From Stegostoma tigrinum (taxonomy: Eukaryota), in NCBI RefSeq assembly GCF_030684315.1, contig NC_081396.1, positions 1,736,001 to 1,800,000 on the forward strand: a stretch of DNA of 64,000 bases. The letters run 5' to 3'. The notes beneath the pieces were generated by a model, which saw only the letters and a list, made by a program, of their open reading frames with translations, was not told the DNA's origin and ran no database searches. Numbering within the stretch: the first letter of the stretch is position 1; each line of letters opens with the position of its first letter. Below, one piece after another: positions 49,320-60,377 of the stretch. Both the position numbers and the translations under genes were made by a program.

Positions 49320-52300
49320 TTGTTTTGCTGCAGCTGCAATGGCAGCAGTGAGAGCGAGGGCCAGGGAACTGCCGGGAAGGCACATTCTTCATTTTGGCAG
49401 TGGGCATGAGTGGGAGCGTTTGTATTGCGCTCTCAGAAGGTGGGTGAACTGATATATTTGGGCAGTGGCTGAACCCGAGACACTACACGTGTAGTGTCTC
49501 TCACCCTCCCTCCTCCTCCGACCAAAAAAAAACAATGACTCTGGTACGCTGATAAGGTAAGTGTTTTTTTATAAATCATGTGCTGGTAAGTAGAGTGGTT
49601 TGGTACAACTTTTTTTTTCATTTCATTCATCTAGTATTTAACATTACAAGGGCTAAGTTAAGCTTAATAGTAAAAATGGTAAGACATCCCAGGCCGGGGT
49701 AATGCTCCTCTTGGTCAATGTGGGAGCTCAGAGATGCGGCTGATGTCCGACTCCTACACGTGCAAGTGGTGTGTCCAGCTCCAGCTCTTACTAGACCACA
49801 TAATGTCTCTGGAACTGCGGATGGACTCACTTTTGAGAATCCGCCTTGCTGAGGAAGTTGTGGATAGCACATTCAGCAAATTGGTCACACCGCAGATTAG
49901 GATCACTGAGGGTGAAAGGGTGACCAGAAGGCAGAAAACAAAAGCAGGAAGTCAGCGCAGCTGTCGCCTGTGGTCATTGCCCTCCAAAATAGGTATATCA
50001 TTTTGGATACTGTTGGGGGAGATGGCTCACCAGGGGAAGGCAGCAGTAGCCATGTTCATGGCACTGTGGTTGGCTCTGCTGTACAGATGGGGTGGGAAAG
50101 AGAATGGAAGGGCTATACTCATAGGGGATACTATTCTAAGGGGAGCAGATAGACAGATCTGTGTCCAAAAATTAGACTTCTGAATGGGATGTTGGCCTCC
50201 CAGGTGCACAGGTCAGGGATGTCTCAGGTCAACTGCAGGACATTCTGAAGGGGGAGGGTGAACAGCCAGGTGTCGTGGTGTGGATAGGCACCAAAGATAT
50301 AGCTAAGAAACGCGATGAGGTCCTACAAGCAGAACTTAGGGAGTTAGGAGCCAAGTTAAAAAGTAGGACCTCAGAGGTAGTAATCTCAGGATTGCTATCA
50401 ATGCCATGTGTCAAAGTAGAAATGAAAGAATAGGCAGAATAAATGAGATGGCGTAAGATTGAGGGGTTCAGATTTTTGAGACATTGGGGCTAGTTCTGGG
50501 GGAGGTGGGACTATTGCAAGTCAGACAGTGTACACTTGGGCTGGACTGGAATGAATGCCCTAGAGGCTGTTTTTGCTAACGCTGTTGGGGAGGGTTTAAA
50601 CAAATGTAACAGGGGGATGGGAACCAAATGAGGAGGTTAGTGGACAGTAAGGGGGTAGTAACTAAAGCCTGTGAGGAACTACATAATGAAGTCAGTGTGA
50701 CTAAGGGGAAAAGGAGGCAGAGAGCAGATGATGAACACAAATGGATAGGTGGTCTGAGGCGCATTTGTTTTAATACGAGAATGTAGTAGGTAAGACGGAT
50801 GAACTTATGATTTGGTTTAGTACCGGTGAGTATGATGTTATTGCTATTACTGAGATTTGGTTGAGGGAAGGGCAAGATTGGCAACTAAATATCCCACGAT
50901 ATAAATGCTTCAGGCGCGATAGAGAGGGAGGTAATAGGGGTAGAGGAGTTGCGTTACTGGTCAAAGAGGATATCATAAATGTCTTGAAGGAGGGCACGAT
51001 GGAGGACTCGAGCAGTGAGGTAATATGGGCAGAGCTCAGAAATAGGAACGGTGTGGTTACAATGTTGGGGCTGTACTACAGACCACCCAACAGCAAGCGT
51101 GAGATAGAGGTACAAATATGTAGAAAAATTATGGAAAGATGTAGGAGCAACAGACTGGCGGTGATGGGAGATTTTAATTTTCCCAGCATTGACTGGGATT
51201 CACTTAGTATTAGGGGTTTAGGTAGAACAGATTTTGTAAGGAGCATCCAGGAGAGTTTTCAAGGACAGTATGTAAATGATACAACTCGGAAAGGGACCAT
51301 ACTGGACTTGGTGTTGGGGAATGAGCCCGGCCAGGTGGTTGAAGTTTCAGTAGGGGATTGCTTTCGGAATAGTGATGACAATTCCTCAAGTTTTGGAATA
51401 CCGATGGACGATGACAAGAGTGGTCCTAGAGGAAGAGTGCTGAATTGGGGGAAGGCCAACTATAGCAAAATTTTGCAGGAGCTAGGGAATGTGGATTGGG
51501 AGCAGCTGTTTGGGTGTAAATCCTCATTTGATATGTGGGAGGCTTCTAAAGGGAGGTTGATTAGAGTGCAGGACAGCCATATCCCTGTGAAAATGAGGGA
51601 TAGAAAGGACAAGATTAGGGAACCATGGATGACGTGTGAAATTGAGACATGAGAAAAGAGGTAAAAGGAAGTGTACATAAGGTCGAGGCGATTCAAATCT
51701 ATGAAGCTTTTGAAGAATACCAGAAAGTAGGACCGATCTGAAATGAAGAATTAAGAGGGCTAAAAGGGGTCATGAAATATCTTTAGCAAACAGCCTTAAG
51801 GAAAATACCAAAGCCTTTTACTCATACATAAGGAGGAAGAGGGTAACTTGAGAAAGGGTTGGCCCACTCAAGGGAAAAGGAGAGAATTTATGCTATGCAA
51901 GGAGTCAGAGAAATTGAGTGATATTCTAAATGAGCACTTTACATTGGTATTCACTGAGGAGAGGCACATAACAGATGTTGACGTTAGGGATAGATGCTTT
52001 ATTACTTTAAGTCAAGGTGGCATAAAGAGAGGGGAAGTGTTGGGTATTCTAAAAGACATTAGGGTGGATAAATCCCCAGGTCTGTATGGAACCTATCCAA
52101 GGTTCTGAGGGAAACGAGAGAGGAAATAACTGGGGTCTTAACACACATGTTTGCAGCATCCTGGAGCATGGTTGAGGTCTCAGAAGACTGGAGAATTAAT
52201 AATGTTGTCCCCTTGTTAAAGGAGATGAGCAAGGATTATTCTGGTAATTATAGACCGGTTAGCCGAACGTCAATGGTGGGGAAGCTGCTGGAGAAGATAC

Positions 52301-52853
52301 TGAGGGATAGGATCTATTTACAATTGGAAGAAAATGGGCTTATTAGTGATTGGCAGCATGATTTTGTGCAGTGAAGGTAATGTCTTACCAACTTGACAGA
52401 ATTCTTTGAGGAAGTGACAAAGTTGATCAATGAGGGAAGGGCTGTGGATGTCATATACGTGGACTTCAGTAAGGCATTTGATAAGGTTCCCCATGGTAGG
52501 CTGATGGAGAAAGTCAAGTCACATGGGGCCTGGGTGTACTAGCTAGATGGATAGAGAACTGGCTGGGCAACAGGAGGGAGACAGTTGTCATGGAAGGGAG
52601 TTTCTCAAAATGGTGAACTGTGATCGGTGGTGTTCCACAGCGATCCATGTTGGGACTACTGTTGTTTGTGATATACATAAGTGATCTGGAGGAAGGTATA
52701 AATGGTCTGATTAGCAAGCTGGCAGATGACACGAAGATTAGTGGATTAGCAAATAGTGAAGGAGACTGTCGGAGAATGCAGCAAAATATAAACAGATTGG
52801 AGAGGTGGGTGGAGAAATGGCAGATGGGTTTCAATCCATGCAAATGCGAGGTG
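49320..52853 (+). mobile_element. CR1 LINE with ORF1 (zinc finger/esterase), APE endonuclease and RT; decayed; 3' end missing
   Basis: YTCKWCVQLQLL; AILIGDTILRGADR; YDVIAITEIWL...YYRPPNS...VMGDFNFP; NYRPVS; GVPQRSMLG...ADDTK; ends at NPCKCEVM. Confidence 0.9.
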
Positions 52854-52918
52854 ATGCTCCAAGGAGACAATATTGAGCCAAGTCAAAGTGAATGGAGTTT
52901 GGCAATCATATCAGTTGA
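52854..52918 (+). mobile_element. Short Gypsy RT N-terminal relic
   Basis: MLQGDNIEPSQSEWSLAII resembles the Gypsy RT motif (GIIEPSxSxWxSP). Confidence 0.55.
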
Positions 52919-54299
52919 CCAGAAGTTTGGTTTGAGTTTCCTGTTCCCAATTCTCTCTTTGAATCATCTTCAATGGGAGATTACAGAAGTCATGATTGTC
53001 AATCCAGGATACCAATTCCAGTAAATGTGGAGCATTTTGTCCCTATTTTGTATACTCAAAAATGTAATTCCTGGTCTCACACTCTGTCCCTCTTCCCTGA
53101 ACTGAAATCCAAACTCATCTCCCTCATTTCTTCAAACAAAAAAAAACTGTGGAGGCAGGAATTTCTGAAACAATAACAGAAATTGCTGGAGAAACACCAC
53201 AGGTACAGCAACAAAAACATACTGCCAAACCTGCAGATTTTCTCCAGCACTTCCAGCTTTTGTACCCCGACTTCCTTTTTCCACTCGCTGTTTTTCCCAC
53301 CCACTCCTCAGAAATCTTCAGATCCCCAAGCTCCTGTGGCTCTATTTCAGGGCCTCAAGTGGACTCTGTGCGGTGAAGTGCCCGAGTGAAAACCCCAGCC
53401 CTCCCAGATGACATTCTCTGGACCCTAATGCGCGTCTCTATTCCTGTTGGCAGGCATGATGTGGAGGTGCCGGTGTTGGACTGGGGTGGACAAGGTCAAA
53501 AATCACACAACACCAGGTTGTCGTGCAACAGGTTTATTCAAAAACACTCGCTTTCATAGGTCTGTTCCTTTGTCAGTTTTAGCTTGAAAGAGGAGGGATA
53601 CCGACTCAGAATTTATCAGTAGAAAGCTAACAACGCTAAAAAAAAGTCCTGCAGCTTACTTGCTCTTGAGTCTTTAACCAGTTAGATAGGAGACACAGGT
53701 TTCTATAGATTAAAATGCAAATATTATATGTTTTTTTCAAATCATTGCCCCAACATAATTAAAGGCCAAATCAATATACCCAAGAGATGATATCTAAGGT
53801 CAGAAAATGCACTTTAGGTGTGACGCCTTGTTGAGAATCTGTCTGAGTTTTAGACTGAAGTCAGGCTGAGTATTTTTTGAACAAAATAAAATGTATCTGC
53901 AAATACACAAACATCTTTAATGAAATATTTCTCCCCGTGTGAGGGTATGCGTGTGCGAGAGAGACAGACTGCTTGAGAGTACATATCGTGGTGGGGTCAC
54001 ATGCAGAGCGACATGAACTTAACGTTATAAAACGAAAGATCTGCGGATGCTGCACATCAGGAACACAAGACAGAAGTTGCTGGAAAAGCTCAGCAGACCT
54101 GGCAGCATCCGTGAAGAGAAATCAGAACGAACGTTTCGGGTTCGGTGCTCTGAGCGTCACCGGGCCCGTAATGTTAACGCTGATTTCTCTGCACAGACGC
54201 TGCCACACCTGCTGAGATTCTCCAGCAACTTCTATGAGCCCAACATCGTGGTCGCCGCCGAGAGCCGCCTTCAGCAACTTTTGAATCTCCTGCCCAAGA

Positions 54300-54614
54300 A
54301 ACAAGCCCCACCCTCCGCTCACTGTGATTGGTTAGAGGACGTGCCCGCATGAGCACTCACGCTGCATGGTTGGAGGACCATCACTGCCACTCACGCACAC
54401 CGTCCGGTTGAAGGGCAGGTTCAGAACGTCATTCACGCTGAATGGCTTGGAGGCCCCGTCCTGCACCGCCTTCCCATTCACGCCGATTGGGTCCTGTCCC
54501 GCCTTCCCATTCACGCCGATTGGTTGCAGGGCCAGCCCTGCCAGTCATGCGCTCCGATTGGTTGGAAGACCAGTTCGCGCCCTCTCAATTTCTAAACTGG
54601 GCTCCCCCAGAGCA
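54300..54614. promoter_or_regulatory. CpG-rich multi-CCAAT promoter-like region (distal half)
   Basis: ATTGG at 54327, 54486, 54519 and 54557; GC-box-like gccccaccc at 54305; locally high CpG. Confidence 0.55.
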
Positions 54615-56607
54615 ATACAATGTGAGGCTGGTGAACACAGCAGGCCCAGCAGCATCTCTGGAGCACAAGAGCTGACATTTCGGGCCTAGACCCTTCATCA
54701 GAGAGGGGAATGGGGTGAGGGTTCTGGAATAAATAGGGAGAGAGGGGGAGGCGGACCGAAGATGGAGGTAAAAGAAGATAGGTGGAGAGTATAGGTGGGG
54801 AGGTAGGGAGGGGATAGGTCAGTCCGGGGAAGACGGACAGGTCAAGGAGATGGGATGAGGTTAGTAGGTAGGAGATGGAGGTGCAGCTTGGGATGGGAGG
54901 AAGGGATGGGTGAAAGGAAGAACAGGTTAGCGAAGCAGAGACAGGTTGGACTGGTTTTGGGATGCAGTGGGTGGAGGGGAAGAGCTAGGCTGGTTGTGTG
55001 GTGCAGTGGTGGGAGGGGACGAACTGGGCTGGTTTTGGGATGCGGTGGGGGAAGGGGAGATTTTGAAGCTGGTGAAGTCCACATTAATACCATTGGGCTG
55101 CAGGGTTCCCAAGTGGAATATGAGTTGCTGTTCCTGCAACCTTCGGGTGGCATCATTGTGGCACTGCAGGAGGCCCATGATGGACATGTCATCTAAAGAA
55201 TGGGAGGGGGAGTGGAAATGGTTTGCGACTGGGAGGTGCAGTTGTTCATTGCGAAACGAGCGGAGGTATTCTGCAAAGCCGTCCCCAAGCCTCCGCTTGG
55301 TTTCCCCAATGTAGAGGAAGACACACCGGGTACAATGGATACAGTATACCACATTGGCAGATGTGCAGGTGAACCTCTGCTTAATATGGATAGTCATGTT
55401 GGGGCCTGGGATAGGGGTGAGGGAAGAGGTGTGGGGGCAAGTGTAGCATTTCCTGCGGTTGCAGGGGAAGGTGTTGGGTGTGGTGGGGTTGGAGGGCAGT
55501 GTGGAGCGAACAAGGGAGTCACAGAGAGAGTGGTCTCTCCGGAAAGCAGACAAGGGTGGGGATGGAAAAATGTCTTGGGTGGTGGTGTCGGATTGTAGAT
55601 GCCGAAAGTGTTGGAGGATGATGTGTTGTATCCGGAGGTTGGTGGGGTGGTGTGTGAGAACGAGGGGGATCCTCTTTGGGCGGTTGTGGCGGGGGCGGGG
55701 TGTGAGGGATGTGTTGCGGAAAATGCGGGAGACGTGGTCAAGGGCGTTCGCGAACACTGTGGGGGGAAAGTTGCGGTCCTTGAAGAACTTCGACATCTGG
55801 TATGTGTGGGAGTGGAATGCCTCATCGTGGGAGCAGATGCGGTGGAGGCGGAGGAATTGGGAATAGGGGATGGAATTTTTGCAGGAGGGTGGGTGGGAGG
55901 AGGTGTATTCTAGGTAGCTGTGGGAGTCGGTGGGCTTGAAATGGACATCAGTTACAAGCTGGTTGCCTGAGATGGAGACTAAGAGGTCCAGGAAGGTGAG
56001 GGATATGCTGGAGATGGACCAGGTGAACTGAAGGTTGCGGTGGAAGGTGTTGGTGAAGTGGATGAACTGTTCAAGCTCCTCTGGGGAGCAAGAGGCGGCG
56101 CCGATACAGTCATCAATGTAACGGAGGAAGAGGTGGGGTTTGGGGCCTGTGTAGGTGCGGAAGAGGGACTGTTCCACGTAACCTACAAAGAGGCAGGCAT
56201 AGCTGGGGCCCATGCGGGTGCCCGTGGCCACCCACTTTGTCTGTAGGAAGTGGGAGGAGTCGAAAGAGAGCTGTTGAGGGTGAGGACGAGTTCGGCTAGG
56301 CGGATGAGGGTGTCGGTGGCGGGGGACTGGTCGGGCCTGCGGGACAGGAAGAAGTGGAGGGCCTTGCATGCGGAATATAGGTGTGTAGGGACTGGACTTC
56401 CATGGTAAAATGAAGTGTTGGGGGCCAGGGAATGGGAAGTCCTGGAGGAGGTGGAGGGCGTGGGTGGCGTCACAGATGTAGGTAGGGAGTTCCTGGACCA
56501 AAGGGGAGAAAATGGAGTCCAGATAGGTGGAGATGAGTTCGGTGGGGCAGGAACAGGCTGAGATGATGGGTCGACCAGGGCAGGCAGGTTTGTGGATTTT
56601 GGGAAGA
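54615..56607 (-). mobile_element. Penelope-like retroelement (Neptune-type): RT and GIY-YIG, 5'-truncated
   Basis: LPKIHKP...GRPIIS; MGPSYA; FLRYIDD; FLDL; CNRRKCYTC; LYIGETKRRL. Compensating frameshifts at ~56290-56410; 8-bp TSD CCAGAGCA (54607-54614 and 56608-56615); hammerhead at 54674-54701 (-). Confidence 0.92.
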
Positions 56608-56704
56608 CCAGAGCATGCAGGAGGAGCATGCGCAGCTTGACAGGTCGGACTTCGCAGGCGCAATGTGGTCCAAAGAACAGATTTGTTAATTCTGGGCGGT
56701 AAGG
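56608..56704 (+). promoter_or_regulatory. Proximal promoter half and putative non-coding first exon
   Basis: NRF1-like GCATGCGCA (56626) and GCAGGCGCA (56654); donor G|GTAAGG at 56699. Confidence 0.4.
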
Positions 56705-56874
56705 ACACAGCGAAGCAGAGGAGGTGCTGCTAAACGGGCAGCATTCATGAATACACAGGACAGGCATCACGCCCCGAACAGGAATCTGAGCGAAGAGCAA
56801 ACGTGAAGTCAACGTTCATTTTAACCTGGATCATTCCGATCGTCTGGACGCAGTCTTTTAACTGGGCACAACCT

Positions 56875-58235
56875 GGAAAAGGAGGCAGGAGGAGAGAATA
56901 GGCAGATGGGCAGTGGGAGCCGGGGCAGGAGGAGAGAATAGGGAGACGGGCAAAGGGAGCCGGACCAGGAGGAGAGAATAGGGAGACGGGTACAGGAGCT
57001 GGGACAGGAGGAGAGAATAGGGAGACGGGCAAAGGGAGCCGGGGCAGGAGGAGAGAATAGGGTGACAGGAAACGGAAGTTGCGGCAGGAGGAGAAAATAA
57101 GGTGATGGGAAACGGGAGCCGGGGCAGGAGGAGAGCATAGGGAGACGGGTCATGGAAGAAGAGACAGGAGGAGAGAATAGGGAGAGAGGCAATGAAAGAA
57201 GGGACAGGAGGAGATGGAGTCACGGGCAATGGGAGAAGGGTCAGGAGGAGAGAATAGGGAGATAGGCAATGGGAGCCAGGGAAGGAGGTGAGAATAGGAA
57301 GACGGGTCATTGATGAAGGCACAGGAGGAGATAATGGGGAGACATGCAATGGGAGCTGGGGCAGGAGGAGAGAATAGGGAGACAGGCAAAGGGAGCCGGG
57401 GCAGGTGGAGAGAATAGGGAGACGAGCAAAGGGAGCCGGACCAGGAGGAGAGAATAGGGAGACGGGTACAGGAGCTGGGGCAGGAGGAGAGAATAGGGAG
57501 ACGGGCAACGGGAGCCGGGGCAGGAGGAGAGAATAGGGAGACGGGCAACGGGAGCCGGGGCAGGAGGAGAGCATAGGGAGACGGGTCATGGAAGAAGGGA
57601 CAGGAGGAGAGAATAGGGAGAGAGGCAATGAAAGAAGGGACAGGAGGAGATGGAGTCACGGGCAATGGGAGAAGGGTCAGGAGGAGAGAATAGGGAGAAG
57701 GGCAATGGGAGCCAGGGAAGGAGGTGAGAATAGGAAGACGGGTCATTGATGAAGGGACAGGAGGAGATAATAGGGAGACGGGCAATGGGAAAATGGACAG
57801 GAGGAGAGAATAGGGAGAGAGGCAAATGTAGAAGGCACAGGAGGAGATAATGGGGAGACATGCAATGGGAGCTGGGGCAGGAGGCGATAATGGGGACACA
57901 TGCAATGGGAACCGGAACAGGAGGAGAGAATAGGGAGACGGTCATTGTGAGCCAGGGCAGGAGGAGAGAATAGGGAGACAGGCAATAGGAACTGGGGCAG
58001 GATGCGATAATGGGGAGACAGGCAAAGGGAACTGGGGCAGGATGAGAGAATAGGGAGACAGGCAATGGGAGCCAGAACAGGAGGAGAGAATAGGAAGACA
58101 GGCAATAGGAGCCGGGGCAGGAGGAGGGAATAGGGAGACAGGCAATGGGAGCCAGAACAGGAGGAGAAAATAGGGAGACAGGCAATAGGAGCTGGGGCAG
58201 GAGCAGAGAATGGGGAGACAGGAAATGGGAGAAGG
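56875..58235. repeat. Purine-rich ~40-bp minisatellite (~34 units)
   Basis: Unit approx GGGAGCCGGGGCAGGAGGAGAGAATAGGGAGACGGGCAAA, with a higher-order repeat at ~437-bp offset. Confidence 0.92.
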
Positions 58236-58299
58236 GCATTGGGCACTAGAGAGGGACATGCCCCTACAATTTGGCAGTACGTATTACTAACTATAAACC

Positions 58300-58620
58300 C
58301 GTGTCTGCTGGTCTTTGCAGGCTTCTAGATCCAACCAAACCGATTCCACAGTTCTTCTGCTCTGGGTTGCTCTGTCCCCCATCTTATGAAAATGCTGATC
58401 TCATCTCCAATTACCAGCACGAATCCACCTCCTTTTCCTTTTTTGTCTGTCCTTTCTAAACGTCAAATATCCTTGAATACTCAGTTCCTTGCCCTGATCA
58501 CTACGCAAAACTGTTTCTGCAATTGTGATTCTATCAGAACATTTTACCTGTATTTGTGCCTTCAGATCACCTGCATCATAGTTAATACTGCATACATTCA
58601 ATTAAAAAGTTCATAACTTT
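58300..58620 (-). mobile_element. Degenerate CR1 endonuclease fragment
   Basis: ITIAETVL...IQGYLTFRKDRQ. Confidence 0.6.
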
Positions 58621-60377
58621 GACTTTTTAAAAAATCATTCTGCATCTGAGACAATTTTGATGCTTGGTTTTGTTTGTCATGTCATCTCGCCTCCCTCACA
58701 GTTTTTCTATTTCTTGTTACCAACATAACTGTCTCCATTTTGAATTCCCCCTTGGATTGTCAGTTCAACACAAATTTTAGTCCTAGAAATTCAGAAACTC
58801 TTAATTCTGCATTCTGCCTTGCTGTAAAAACTAACTGACTCTATTCTTGGAAGACAAACTTCTGCGGAGAAGGTGTTCTTTCAATTTATTGAATGACTGC
58901 AGTCTGTATGCCGAAGGTGTTCCCACACTGCTGGACGGCAAACAGTAATAGCAATATTTTTCCAAAATTAACAAGAATGATTTGCATTTTTGTTGCACTT
59001 TTCTGAAAATATAATGCAGTAAGGTAGTTTACAAGAGTTTTGAAACAATATTTGACACTGAGGTACCTAAAGATGTAGAGAGCCAACTGCCCAATAGTTT
59101 TTTTTTATAAATAGGTCAGCTTTAAGGAACCCTTTAAAGAAGGGAACGGGATGAGCAAAGAGTCGAGTTTTGGAAAGTAAATTCCAGAGCTTATAGCCTT
59201 GGCAGCTCAAGAGGCAGTCACCAATAGTAGAACAGTTAAAATGAGGAATACTCAGGAAGCCAGGTTCAGATGAGTGCAGGTGCTTTCCATGGGGTTGGGG
59301 GAGATGGTGTCAGCCTGGAGCAGTCACAGATAAAGGCAGGGGCTTGAGCGTGAATAGGTTCAAAAACAAGGATGAGAAATTTAGAAAATTGGTGATTCTT
59401 AGTTTGGAGCTTCTGTTGGTAACTGAGCACAGGGGCGATGCATGAACAAGACATGTTTTGAGAAAGGACAGACTCAGCAGGGTGCTGGATCACCATAAGA
59501 TATTAGACAGGTTTAATATGGGAAACCAGACAGAAGTGTGTTCAGGTAGTTGACTCTCAAGGTAAAAAAGGAGGGGAGAAGGGGTTCAGAAGCAGGAGAC
59601 ATGAGACCAGGGTAGACTCGGGCTGTGTTACTGAGGTGGTCTTAGGAATGACGGGTATATATGGTTGAAAATTGATCACGTGGTTAAACATTTTGTCACG
59701 GCTGTCGACAGACTTGTTCAGCATTCAGACAATCACTGTGGAGAGGAATAGCTCAGAAATGGATGACAGAGCGAGCACCAAACACCATGGCTTCAGACTT
59801 CCCAATGTCAAAATCGAAGCAGTTTATGCTGATCTGAGATATGGATGTTAGGTAAGTATGAGCGTTGTGGGAGGGATATTTGGAGCTAATGGTGTTCACT
59901 TGCACTTGCTACCCTGCTGCTTCTGTGTGGAGGTTGAGGGTTTAGTGAGGATCTGTCAAACTTCCACTTGAATTGTAGGTATCTAAAATTCCTCTCCAAC
60001 CTCTGAATTGCCCTTTCTCTCTCTCTTTCTTTCCCCCCCTGTAGAGACCAGACACATGTGGTGGCAACAAGTGGCAGGTTCATTTTCAGTCCTGAAGGAT
60101 ATGAGTAAACTGGTTGTTTTTGTGACAACCTGCCAGCTTTTGCTGTCACTTTATCCCCGTGCCTGTCTCTCAAATGATCCAATTCGTTCAGCTCAGTTTC
60201 AGAATCTGCCTTTGCGTTCTTGTGATTGTTCTTTCTCTCAGTTTTTTTTTTCTCCCCCAGTTTTAAATTAATCTCTTCAAGTTTTGGAAGAATGGGAATT
60301 GAATTCAGAAAACCGAGGCGAAAATCTAACACTGCTGCATTTACCTTGAGCTGAATTGCATTGTAAATTGAACATGG

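Noticed and set aside
56745-58259. Long Pro/Ser/Leu-rich minus-strand ORFs
   Set aside because: Translations of the minisatellite.
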